The notes: generated by a model not told the origin, from the letters alone. A stretch of DNA of 57,934 nucleotides from Dehalococcoidia bacterium (GCA_028716085.1 JAQUQM010000002.1:1-57934); one strand, 5' to 3'; shown: positions 38,128 through 47,593, numbered from the stretch's first letter. Numbers and translations: made by a program.

Positions 38128-39699
38128 TTAGATAAATTTCCTCAGTAGTTTCTTAATTGGCTCTATATTTACTCCGATAGATTTTTCAATATTTAGTAAA
38201 ATTGCAATATCTTCGGCATCAAAGCTGCGCGTCAATAAAATGATAATTCCGTATATGGCGAAGTAAAAAACAAAAACCAGGGGCAATATCCACCATGTAA
38301 TGGTAATAAATTGGCGAATGACAAATTGAAATAGTAGCGCCAGAACGACAGATACGATGACAGGTTTGAGCAGGTTTTTACTGAAAGGTTGAATTTTGGT
38401 GGAAATATACAATCTCACAGATATTATGAGATTTAAAACTGCCAGAGATATTGCCGAAGCTGTTGCGGCACCAACAGGGCCTGCAATGGGAATCAACGTG
38501 ACACACAGAGAGATATTTAATAGAGCCGAGATAATACCTGCCCACATGATTAATTTGGAATTTCCCGAGGCGAGGAATATGCATGATCCCAATCCCAGTA
38601 AATTCATAATCATAAAACCACTGGCTAAAATGCGAAGCACATCGGAAGCAGGGCCATAGGCATAAACTTCACCGAACAAAACGTTGAGTACCGCATCCGG
38701 GAACAAGAACATTACCAGCCATAGAGGCAAAGTCAATGATACAAGCCACTTGGTTGAAATAATATAAGAGCGCTTCACTTCGGCAGTCAAACCCTGGGCA
38801 AACAGATTGGCTATGACAGGTATATAAATAAGCATAAATGAAGCCAGTGGCACGGTGATGAAATATGCCAGCGGATAAGCCGCATTATATAAACCCACCA
38901 CATCTGGTGACTTGAAATGGCCCAAGATCATCGTGTCGGCATTAAAAATGAGAATGGATACTATGGCGGTTACTGAGATAGGAAGTGAAAATACGATTAA
39001 GTTTTTTAAAGCGTCAATATCAAACATGTTGATTTTAAAAACTGCCAGGCCGGGCAGTTTTATTAATGTGTAAATTAGTAAAAAGCTGAATGTCAATGTA
39101 ATGGCAGCCAGGTAAGCATAGAAGAAAAACTGGAAAACCATATTCAACATAACCATACCAATCAGCAGAACCAGAAACGAGGCATTAAGCATAATCGATT
39201 GAAAGAGTGCCTGGGGCTCCATTTTATTAAAGCCGCGGAAAACGGCTGCCATAATATTTATCATGGTTAAAAAAGGAAGACCTATCGCGAATATTCTAAG
39301 TACCGGAGACAGCTCGGCGGAATGAAAAATATTTATGGCGATGATATCCGCAAGAACGAATAACAATAGACCGGCAATAATACTGGTGATAATGCTTATT
39401 TGAAATGTTGATGCAATGGTCTTCCCAATTTCGCGCTCAGCGGACTTGCCCCGGTGAAAAGCAATATATCTCGTGCTTCCATCTTGAAGTCCCAGGCAAG
39501 ACAATACCATGGCAAAATTCAGCACTACTAATGCCAATGAAAAGATTCCGTAATTAGCTTCCAACCCATATCGTGCAATGATAAGCCTGGCGAAAAATTG
39601 CAGTACCAGTCCCAGATACATTCCGATTGTGCCGATACCCATACCGCGGAATATCTGCTGCAATGATTCATTGAGCCGGCTGGAATTATCTGTGCTCAT
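38128..39699 (-). CDS. Polysaccharide/oligosaccharide flippase (MOP superfamily, Wzx-like)
   Basis: 523 aa, about 14 TM helices, with the N-terminal FRGMGIGTIGMYLGLVLQFFARLIIARYG pattern typical of polysaccharide biosynthesis (Polysacc_synt) proteins. Confidence 0.8.
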   Translation of the reverse strand: MSTDNSSRLNESLQQIFRGMGIGTIGMYLGLVLQFFARLIIARYGLEANYGIFSLALVVLNFAMVLSCLGLQDGSTRYIAFHRGKSAEREIGKTIASTFQISIITSIIAGLLLFVLADIIAINIFHSAELSPVLRIFAIGLPFLTMINIMAAVFRGFNKMEPQALFQSIMLNASFLVLLIGMVMLNMVFQFFFYAYLAAITLTFSFLLIYTLIKLPGLAVFKINMFDIDALKNLIVFSLPISVTAIVSILIFNADTMILGHFKSPDVVGLYNAAYPLAYFITVPLASFMLIYIPVIANLFAQGLTAEVKRSYIISTKWLVSLTLPLWLVMFLFPDAVLNVLFGEVYAYGPASDVLRILASGFMIMNLLGLGSCIFLASGNSKLIMWAGIISALLNISLCVTLIPIAGPVGAATASAISLAVLNLIISVRLYISTKIQPFSKNLLKPVIVSVVLALLFQFVIRQFITITWWILPLVFVFYFAIYGIIILLTRSFDAEDIAILLNIEKSIGVNIEPIKKLLRKFI

Positions 39700-39836
39700 C
39701 TCGCCTCAGGCATTAATAGTACAGAAGTTCCGACATCCGGTAAAGCCGATGGAAAGCATACTAAAAGCCGGAACACGGAATAATCTCAGGTTTTTGCGAG
39801 GTATTAATTGAAGATGATGAAAATTTAACTATCACC

Positions 39837-40895
39837 TTATTTTCTAGAGCTGGTCATTCTGGTAATAATAACATTTTCGCTGGGATAGTTGGGTGCGTCC
39901 CAGGGGAATACTTCGCCTTTAAGGCATCTCTGCCATCGCGAGAGGTCCTCATCCACCATAACCTCAATAAGGCGGTCAAACTTTGTTTGCGGCTGCCAAT
40001 TCAGCACTGTTTTTGCTTTGTGATAATCACCCTGAAGAAGATTAACATCCACCGGTCTAAAAAATGTTTTATCAACCGTAACATATTTATCAGGGGCCAA
40101 CCCAAGTCTTGCGAAAGTTTTTTCCACAAATTCCCTGACCGTGTGTGTTTCATCAGTTGCAATAACAAAATCATCGGGTTTTTTCTGCTGCATCATCAGC
40201 CACATAGCCTGTACGTATTCGGGCGCATAGCCCCAATCTCTTTTTGCTTCCAAGTTGCCGAGCCTTAGCTCTTTCTCGAGGCCAAGTGCAATTTTGGCTG
40301 CGCAATTGGTTATTTTTCGCGTTACGAACTCGAGTCCCCTGATTGGAGATTCATGGTTGAAAAGAATGCCGCTGCAGGCAAATATGCCATGGGTTTCACG
40401 GTACATCCTGGTGATCCAATGGGCATAGAGTTTTGCTGCGGCATAAGGGCTGGCAGGCTTGAAGTGCGTATCTTCGGTTTGTTGAGCGGCATCTCCATTG
40501 CCGTAAAGCTCGCTGGTAGATGCCTGGTAAAACCTTATTTTGGGATTAATCTGGCGTACAGCTTCGAGGATCCTGGCAACGCCCAATCCCGTTATAGTCC
40601 CGGAAGCTACGGGTTGTTCAAATGAAGCTCCTACAAAACTCTGTGCCGCAAGATTATAGATTTCATCGGGTTGGCACATTTCAATAGCTTCATAAATAGA
40701 GGACGAGTCGATTAAATCAGCCGGTATAAGGAACATTTTGTCAAAGATGCCAAGGTATAAAAGTCGCCAGAAATTGGGAGTCGACAGGCGTCTGAAGGTG
40801 CCATAGACCGAATATCCTTTTTCTAACAGGAATTTGGCAAGGTAAGCCCCGTCTTGCCCGGTTACGCCTGTTATTATTGCCTTTTTAGCCATCAA
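39837..40895 (-). CDS. gmd: GDP-mannose 4,6-dehydratase family (extended SDR)
   Basis: ITGVTGQDGAYLAKFLLEKGY Rossmann motif, ASTSELYG, SPYAAAKLYAHW (YxxxK) and FNHESPIRG; 352 aa. Confidence 0.85.
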   Translation of the reverse strand: MMAKKAIITGVTGQDGAYLAKFLLEKGYSVYGTFRRLSTPNFWRLLYLGIFDKMFLIPADLIDSSSIYEAIEMCQPDEIYNLAAQSFVGASFEQPVASGTITGLGVARILEAVRQINPKIRFYQASTSELYGNGDAAQQTEDTHFKPASPYAAAKLYAHWITRMYRETHGIFACSGILFNHESPIRGLEFVTRKITNCAAKIALGLEKELRLGNLEAKRDWGYAPEYVQAMWLMMQQKKPDDFVIATDETHTVREFVEKTFARLGLAPDKYVTVDKTFFRPVDVNLLQGDYHKAKTVLNWQPQTKFDRLIEVMVDEDLSRWQRCLKGEVFPWDAPNYPSENVIITRMTSSRK

Positions 40896-40922
40896 TTATG
40901 ATTCTCAAGTATATTCGAAGCA

Positions 40923-41942
40923 TTATTTTGATATATAGTTATAGCCATCCCAGGGTAAAGCCACACCTTTCAACCAGCTTTCCCACCTTTTTACATCTTC
41001 GTGGACCATTATCTCTACCAGACGTTCAAATTTTACTTCGGGCTGCCAGCCCAGTTTGGTCTTTGCCCTGGCGTAGTCTCCCTGCCAGAAATTCACATCA
41101 ACGGGCCTCAATAATTCTTTATTCACTTTAACGTACTTGGACCAATCCAGACCTACAATGCTGAAAGCCTGCTGGAGGAACTGCTTTACAGTATGCATTT
41201 CGTTGGTGGCAATAATATAGTCATCCGGTTCCTTTTGCTGCAGCATGCGCCACATAGCGTTAACATATTCAGGGGCATAACCCCAGTCCCTCTTAGCTTC
41301 AATATTTCCCATAGCCAATTCATTGTCCAATCCAAGTGAAATCCTAGCCACGGCGTTGGAGATTTTTCTTGTTACAAAATCCAGTCCTCTGAGCGGGGAT
41401 TCATGATTGAACATTATCCCGTTGCAAATAAAAATACCATAACCGGCGCGGTATATATTGGCTATCCAGTGTGCATAGAGCTTAGCTACGGCATACGGAT
41501 TGGCCGGATTAAAAGGCGTATCTTCAGTAAGAGGTTTTGTGTTACCCTGCCCGAAAAGCTCGATAGTGGAAGCCTGGTAAACTCTAATATCCTTGTTGAT
41601 GCTCCTGACTGCCTCCAGCAGCCTAGTCAGTCCCAGCCCTGTGATCTCCCCGTAGCCTACAGGGTGCTCAAATGATGCTCCCGGGAAACTCTGTGCCGCC
41701 AGATGGTAAATCTCATCAGGACGACTGACCCGGATCGTATCTATAAGAGAGGACGAATCATTGAGTTCTGCAGTGAGCAGATGAACCCTATTATGAACAT
41801 CGAGATACTGCAACCTCCAAAAATTGGGGGTGGATGAACGGCGGTAACTACCGTATACTGTGTAATCCTTATCCAACAGCAGCTTTGCCAGGTAGGCGCC
41901 GTCCTGGCCGGTGATACCGGTAATTAATGCCCGTTTAGACAC
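40923..41942 (-). CDS. gmd: GDP-mannose 4,6-dehydratase family, diverged tandem paralog
   Basis: ITGITGQDGAYLAKLLLDKDY, ASTIELFG, NPYAVAKLYAHW and FNHESPLRG; 339 aa. Collinear with the neighbouring copy but clearly diverged. Confidence 0.85.
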   Translation of the reverse strand: MSKRALITGITGQDGAYLAKLLLDKDYTVYGSYRRSSTPNFWRLQYLDVHNRVHLLTAELNDSSSLIDTIRVSRPDEIYHLAAQSFPGASFEHPVGYGEITGLGLTRLLEAVRSINKDIRVYQASTIELFGQGNTKPLTEDTPFNPANPYAVAKLYAHWIANIYRAGYGIFICNGIMFNHESPLRGLDFVTRKISNAVARISLGLDNELAMGNIEAKRDWGYAPEYVNAMWRMLQQKEPDDYIIATNEMHTVKQFLQQAFSIVGLDWSKYVKVNKELLRPVDVNFWQGDYARAKTKLGWQPEVKFERLVEIMVHEDVKRWESWLKGVALPWDGYNYISK

Positions 41943-42175
41943 AATATTCGTCGCAAGCTATATTCGGAGAAATTTATTGGATCAAGCCGTTTAAACGCGC
42001 ATAGTATAACATAAGACGCCGAGGTCGGGCTAAACCGGTGTTTGGTCAACCTTTACTTCACAATTCGCTAGGGTACTAGGGAAAAATAGGAATATAGTAC
42101 CACGATGTTGATACTGTTTGGTTATGGACAGCCTTTGATTAAACTTGTACAATCAAAATACAACTGCAGTGTGAA

Positions 42176-45100
42176 ATGCGATTGGAAGGTCAGGCCATGA
42201 GACAAACAGGTCTTAGTATAGCAGTTATTATACTGGCAATATCTTCATTCATATTACCAAGTAATGCCGATGTAAGTTATGCTGCATCGGGCTCTGGAAG
42301 TATCATTCTGTCCTTGCCTTCCGGCACATATACGATAAGCAAAGATCAGGATGGCGCTGATGTCATACGGATGGATGGATTCTATCCCATGGCGTCTCCG
42401 GGAGATCCCATGCTGCCTCATAAAGTGTTTGATGTAATTGTTCCACCGGATGTGGTGTGGCAAAGCATTAGTTTAAGAATAGTCTCCGCTGAAAAAATTA
42501 CCCTCGAAGGTACATATGATATAAAGCCGACTCCACCTATGGCTATAGCTGATAATATCAGCGGTGGACAGCCAAACCTGGTCTGGGGATCGGGGAAACA
42601 AATTGTCGACAACAAAAATGTTGCTGTATATGGAAACGATGCAGATTTCCCTGCAGTTTATCTGAATATACTGCCGTACTCCCAGATGCGCAAATGGAAT
42701 TTCACCAGGGTGGACTTTATTCCCTTCCAGTATAATCCGGTATCCAAAAAACTGACGCTGATCAAGAGCGCCACAGTAGAAATCAGCTACCAGCAATCGG
42801 GTATTCAGCCTTCCGCAGCTATGCTGTCGGACAGGGTGATGGATAGCGCTGCTCCACAGGTACTATTCAATTACGGTCAATCATCTGCATCATACGTGCC
42901 GTCGGCTTATGTTCAGCCGCAGGCAACTTATAACTACGTTATCATCACAACCAGCGCCATCCAGGCAGGCAGCGCCAAACTGGCTTCATTTGTAACGCAT
43001 AAACAGAACAAGGGATACAGCGTGCTGGTGGTGACCGAGGCCCAGTGGGGCGCTGTCACAGGGCAATCACCCAATCACAAAGCTGAAAAGATCAGAAAAT
43101 GGTTGCAGGACAACTATATCAGCTATGGAATACAAAACGTACTTTTAATCGGGAATCCTACACCGTATGAAAGCGGGGAAGGTGATGTGCCGATGAAAAT
43201 GTGCTGGCCCAGACGAGGCTACGGCAGTTACGAAGACGCGCCGACCGACCATTTTTATGCAGATTTGACAGGCAACTGGGACCTGAACGGCAACCAGTAT
43301 TATGGCGAAGCTTCCGGCGATACAGGCTCTGGCGGAGTTGACCTCGCAGCGGAGGTTTTCGTGGGCAGGATACCTGTTTACAACGCTGACTATACCACGC
43401 TGGACAACATATTACAGAAGACTATTGATTACGAGAACGAGGGCAGTTCCGGGTGGCGTAAGAGCGCCTTGCTGCCCATGAGTTTTTCTGACGTTTACAC
43501 AGATGGTGCATATTTATCCGAACAGATGAGGACAAATTATCTGACTGGCGGTGGATATTCATCATGGAGGATGTACCAGCAGGGGAGCGCATGCCCTGCT
43601 GCAAACTCCTCTTTTGCTTCTGAAGAAGAATTGAGGTCGGGAACTTACGTGAGAGATCGCTGGGCAGCCAGTGATTATGGCATAGTCTGCTGGTGGGGTC
43701 ATGGCAATGAAACCGGAGCGTATGCGGGTTATGGCAGTTGCGACAACGGCGCTTTCTTTACTAGCTCCTCTTGCTCGTCCCTGGATGATGACCATCCGTC
43801 TTTCACCTATCAATGCTCCTGTACCAACGGGTATCCCGAATCCAGCAGTAACCTGCAATATGCCATATTGAAGCAGGGCGGAATAGGAACCGTGGGTGCA
43901 AGCAGGGTTTCCTGGTATTACATCGGTCAGACAAATTTTGTGGGAAGCCCTTCAAATTCGGGGATAGGCTATGAGTATGTGAAGCGGCTTGTCGCCAATA
44001 ATGCAGCCGGCAACGCCCTGTATTCCACGATTCAAAGCGTCATACCTGTGAGCGATGCGGAATTCTTGCAGAATGCCTTCGGCTTCAACCTCTATGGTGA
44101 TCCATCTGTTACCATTACGCCGACTAACTCGCCTCCGACTGTTACCAATGCCACGGGCGCCACAAATATTACCAATACCACGGCTACGCTTAACGGCAAT
44201 CTCACGTCAAACGGCGGCCTGGATACAACGGTTACCATTTACTGGGGTGATAACGACGGCGGAACTACCGCGGGTAATTGGGATAACCCTGTTAACCTTG
44301 GAGTCAGGTCTGTGGGTGCTTTTTCCACTGATCTGACAGGTTTAACGACAAATACAACCTATTACTACAGGTGCAGCGCAACAAATGCACAGGGCACAGT
44401 TTGGTCAAGCAGCACGGAGCAGTTTGTAGCGATTACGCAGGCCAGGCTGGTAGGTACGGACAGCAATACATATGGGTATGCTGCTGGTGGCAACTATATA
44501 CATTTGACACGGTTTGTGGCGCTGGGAAGCGGCACGGTGAACCAGATGCGGGTGAATGCAGGGGTGGCAGGGGGCAGTGTGAAGCTGGCGATATATGCGG
44601 ATGCAGGCGGGCAGCCCGGCGCATTGCTTAACGCGCTTAACACAGCGACGCCGTGTGCCAGTACCGGCTGGAACACGATAAATTTCCCTGCAACGGCAGT
44701 GACAGCGGGAACGGCATACTGGCTGGCGGAGAATTCCAATGTTGCGACATGCAATTACAAAAGCGATGCAGCTTACCAGTTGCGCTTTACAGCATATTCA
44801 TTTGACTCATCATTTCCCAGCACCTTAAGCGGATTATATTCTATGACCGGCTACATAGGTATAGCAGGCTGGGGCGCACCTGCGGAACCTCCTCCTCCTC
44901 CCACGCCGCCAACAGTCAGCACAGGAGTGGCTACATCTGTAAGCAGCCGGACAGCAGTTTTGAACGGGAACATGACCGTAGTGGGAAGCGTCACTCCGGT
45001 GAGTGTTTATTTTCAGTATGGGACGACAGTTTCATACGGCAGCGCTACTGTACAGCAACAGGTATCGGCTACGGGAGCATTTAATGCCAGCGCAAGCGGT

Positions 45101-47593
45101 TTAACTCCGGCCACACTGTATCATTTCCGATCGGTGGCCGTTCCTGAGGGAGGGAGTGCCGTCTATGGATCCGATGCTACATTCACTACGCTTGCTGCGA
45201 CCCTTGGAGTAAGCACAGCGGCGGCTACGACAGTTACGAGCGCGGGAGCGGTGCTCAACGGGATACTGGATGATCTTGGCAGCAATCCCAGCGCGGACGT
45301 GTATTTCCAGTATGGCACAACTACATCATACGGCAGCAGCACGGCTCCGCAGACGAGGACTGAAACTGGATCATTCAGCCAGTCGATCAGTGGATTGACG
45401 GCAAGCACGCCCTACCATTATCGAGCAGTAGCGGAGGGATCTACTACTGTGTATGGTACGGATGTAATGTTCAATACAACATCTGCCGAGCCACAGCGAC
45501 TGGTAGGGACGGACAGCAATACATATGGGTATGCTGCTGGTGGCAATTATATACATTTAACACGGTTTGTAGCGCTGGGAAGCGGCACGGTGAACCAGAT
45601 GCGGGTGAATGCAGGGGTAGCAGGGGGCAGTGTGAAGCTGGCGATATATGCGGATGCAGGCGGGCAGCCTGGGGCACTGCTTAACGCGCTTAACACAGCG
45701 ACGCCGTGTGCCAGTACCGGCTGGAACACGATAAATTTCCCTGCAACGGCAGTGACAGCGGGCACGGCATACTGGCTGGCGGAGAATTCCAATGTTGCGA
45801 CATGCAATTATAAGAGCGATGCTTCTTACCAGTTACGTTATCTGCCGTTATCCTTCGGCTCGTCATTTCCCAGCTCTTTAAGCGTATTATATTCTATGAC
45901 CGGCTACATAGGTATAGCAGGCTGGGGCGCACCTGCGGAACCTCCTCCTCCTCCCACGCCGCCAACAGTCAGCACAGGAGTGGCTACATCTGTAAGCAGC
46001 CGGACAGCAGTTTTGAACGGGAACATGACCGTAGTGGGAAGCGTCACTCCGGTGAGTGTTTATTTTCAGTATGGGACGACAGTTTCATACGGCAGCGCTA
46101 CTGTACAGCAACAGGTATCGGCTACGGGAGCATTTAATGCCAGCGCAAGCGGTTTAACTCCGGCCACACTGTATCATTTCCGATCGGTGGCCGTTCCTGA
46201 GGGAGGGAGTGCCGTCTATGGATCCGATGCTACATTCACTACGCTTGCTGCGACCCTTGGAGTAAGCACAGCGGCGGCTACGACAGTTACGAGCGCGGGA
46301 GCGGTGCTCAACGGGATACTGGATGATCTTGGCAGCAATCCCAGCGCGGACGTGTATTTCCAGTATGGCACAACTACATCATACGGCAGCAGCACGGCTC
46401 CGCAGACGAGGACTGAAACTGGATCATTCAGCCAGTCGATCAGTGGATTGACGGCAAGCACGCCCTACCATTATCGAGCAGTAGCGGAGGGATCTACTAC
46501 TGTGTATGGTACGGATGTAATGTTCAATACAACATCTGCCGAGCCACAGCGACTGGTAGGGACGGACAGCAATACATATGGGTATGCTGCTGGTGGCAAT
46601 TATATACATTTAACACGGTTTGTAGCGCTGGGAAGCGGCACGGTGAACCAGATGCGGGTGAATGCAGGGGTAGCAGGGGGCAGTGTGAAGCTGGCGATAT
46701 ATGCGGATGCAGGCGGGCAGCCTGGGGCACTGCTTAACGCGCTTAACACAGCGACGCCGTGTGCCAGTACCGGCTGGAACACGATAAATTTCCCTGCAAC
46801 GGCAGTGACAGCGGGCACGGCATACTGGCTGGCGGAGAATTCCAATGTTGCGACATGCAATTATAAGAGCGATGCTTCTTACCAGTTACGTTATCTGCCG
46901 TTATCCTTCGGCTCGTCATTTCCAAGCTCTTTAAGCGAATTATATTCTATGACCGGCTACATAGGTATAGCAGGTTGGGGATCATCGGAGCCGACTTTAG
47001 CCAGTGTAACTAACGGAAGTGGGGCGAGTGCGATTACATCGAGTACTGCGACATTGAATGGGAATTTAGTTGTTAACGATAGTTTCCCCGTGACGGTCCA
47101 TATTTACTGGGGAGACAATGATGGGGGGACTACGATAGACAATTGGGATCAAGATGAGAATCTGGGTGTCCTGGGCAGTGGGGCGTTTAGTAAAAATATA
47201 TCAGGATTGAATGGAAGTACAACATATTATTACCGGTGCAGCGCAATCAATGCTGCCGGCCAGGCCTGGGCCAATAGCAATGCAAGTTTCATAACAGCAG
47301 TACCCCCGTTGCCTCCTGGTGCGCCTTCACTGCTTTCGCCGGGCGCAAGGATAGTTGTTAAATGGAGCAAAACATCGGGTGCAACCAATTATGGTTTGCA
47401 GGTTAATACGGCAAGTGATTTTGGGGCCGGAACGATGGCATTCAATAATACATCGTTGGGTGATGTAGATGAATACGAAGTGACAGGACTTTCGTTCGGT
47501 ACTACGTACTACTGGCGTGTTAATGCAAGCAATGCAGCCGGAACAAGTCCCTGGTCCCAGGTCTGGCGAGTAGCAGTATATAATTCGCCATAA
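42176..47593 (+). CDS. Giant secreted peptidase C25 (gingipain)-like surface protein with Fn3-like modules and internal tandem repeats
   Basis: Signal peptide (probable start MRQTGLSIAVIILAISSFILPSNA at 42197). C25-like core (NYVIITTSAIQ...KGYSVLVV...VLLIGNPTP...HFYADL). Putative clan CD dyad His in WWGHGNE (nt 43700-43702) and Cys in YQCSCTNGYP (nt 43814-43822). Fn3-like modules follow (TIYWGDNDGGTT...TTYYYRCSA). 1805 aa. Confidence 0.8.
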   Translation: MRLEGQAMRQTGLSIAVIILAISSFILPSNADVSYAASGSGSIILSLPSGTYTISKDQDGADVIRMDGFYPMASPGDPMLPHKVFDVIVPPDVVWQSISLRIVSAEKITLEGTYDIKPTPPMAIADNISGGQPNLVWGSGKQIVDNKNVAVYGNDADFPAVYLNILPYSQMRKWNFTRVDFIPFQYNPVSKKLTLIKSATVEISYQQSGIQPSAAMLSDRVMDSAAPQVLFNYGQSSASYVPSAYVQPQATYNYVIITTSAIQAGSAKLASFVTHKQNKGYSVLVVTEAQWGAVTGQSPNHKAEKIRKWLQDNYISYGIQNVLLIGNPTPYESGEGDVPMKMCWPRRGYGSYEDAPTDHFYADLTGNWDLNGNQYYGEASGDTGSGGVDLAAEVFVGRIPVYNADYTTLDNILQKTIDYENEGSSGWRKSALLPMSFSDVYTDGAYLSEQMRTNYLTGGGYSSWRMYQQGSACPAANSSFASEEELRSGTYVRDRWAASDYGIVCWWGHGNETGAYAGYGSCDNGAFFTSSSCSSLDDDHPSFTYQCSCTNGYPESSSNLQYAILKQGGIGTVGASRVSWYYIGQTNFVGSPSNSGIGYEYVKRLVANNAAGNALYSTIQSVIPVSDAEFLQNAFGFNLYGDPSVTITPTNSPPTVTNATGATNITNTTATLNGNLTSNGGLDTTVTIYWGDNDGGTTAGNWDNPVNLGVRSVGAFSTDLTGLTTNTTYYYRCSATNAQGTVWSSSTEQFVAITQARLVGTDSNTYGYAAGGNYIHLTRFVALGSGTVNQMRVNAGVAGGSVKLAIYADAGGQPGALLNALNTATPCASTGWNTINFPATAVTAGTAYWLAENSNVATCNYKSDAAYQLRFTAYSFDSSFPSTLSGLYSMTGYIGIAGWGAPAEPPPPPTPPTVSTGVATSVSSRTAVLNGNMTVVGSVTPVSVYFQYGTTVSYGSATVQQQVSATGAFNASASGLTPATLYHFRSVAVPEGGSAVYGSDATFTTLAATLGVSTAAATTVTSAGAVLNGILDDLGSNPSADVYFQYGTTTSYGSSTAPQTRTETGSFSQSISGLTASTPYHYRAVAEGSTTVYGTDVMFNTTSAEPQRLVGTDSNTYGYAAGGNYIHLTRFVALGSGTVNQMRVNAGVAGGSVKLAIYADAGGQPGALLNALNTATPCASTGWNTINFPATAVTAGTAYWLAENSNVATCNYKSDASYQLRYLPLSFGSSFPSSLSVLYSMTGYIGIAGWGAPAEPPPPPTPPTVSTGVATSVSSRTAVLNGNMTVVGSVTPVSVYFQYGTTVSYGSATVQQQVSATGAFNASASGLTPATLYHFRSVAVPEGGSAVYGSDATFTTLAATLGVSTAAATTVTSAGAVLNGILDDLGSNPSADVYFQYGTTTSYGSSTAPQTRTETGSFSQSISGLTASTPYHYRAVAEGSTTVYGTDVMFNTTSAEPQRLVGTDSNTYGYAAGGNYIHLTRFVALGSGTVNQMRVNAGVAGGSVKLAIYADAGGQPGALLNALNTATPCASTGWNTINFPATAVTAGTAYWLAENSNVATCNYKSDASYQLRYLPLSFGSSFPSSLSELYSMTGYIGIAGWGSSEPTLASVTNGSGASAITSSTATLNGNLVVNDSFPVTVHIYWGDNDGGTTIDNWDQDENLGVLGSGAFSKNISGLNGSTTYYYRCSAINAAGQAWANSNASFITAVPPLPPGAPSLLSPGARIVVKWSKTSGATNYGLQVNTASDFGAGTMAFNNTSLGDVDEYEVTGLSFGTTYYWRVNASNAAGTSPWSQVWRVAVYNSP
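44447..46980 (+). repeat. Intragenic tandem repeat, period 1053 bp (351 codons), about 2.4 copies
   Basis: Copies begin at 44447, 45500 and 46553. Alternative-frame and antisense ORFs recur with identical translations at +1053 offsets (for example 45163-45408 = 46216-46461 and 45547-45807 = 46600-46860). Copy 1 differs from copy 2 in the first about 430 bp (AAYQLRFTAYSFDSSFPSTLSGLY vs ASYQLRYLPLSFGSSFPSSLSVLY). Copies 2 and 3 differ only by a few SNPs near 46925-46935. Confidence 0.92.

Noticed and set aside
39837-41942. The possibility that the two gmd genes (and likewise the two OST and two FkbM genes) are assembly duplications.
   Set aside because: The paralogs differ at many positions throughout (for example STSELYG vs STIELFG, and different lengths and termini). 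This is unlike the near-identical 1053-bp repeats, so they are genuine diverged paralogs.
44371-46925. Families of identical 60-86-aa ORFs recurring every 1053 bp on both strands, which could be mistaken for a CRISPR array, IS copies or a multi-copy small-gene family.
   Set aside because: They are alternative-frame or antisense shadows of the in-frame 1053-bp coding repeat of the giant gene. The period is far too long and spacer-free for CRISPR, and there are no terminal inverted repeats or transposase motifs.
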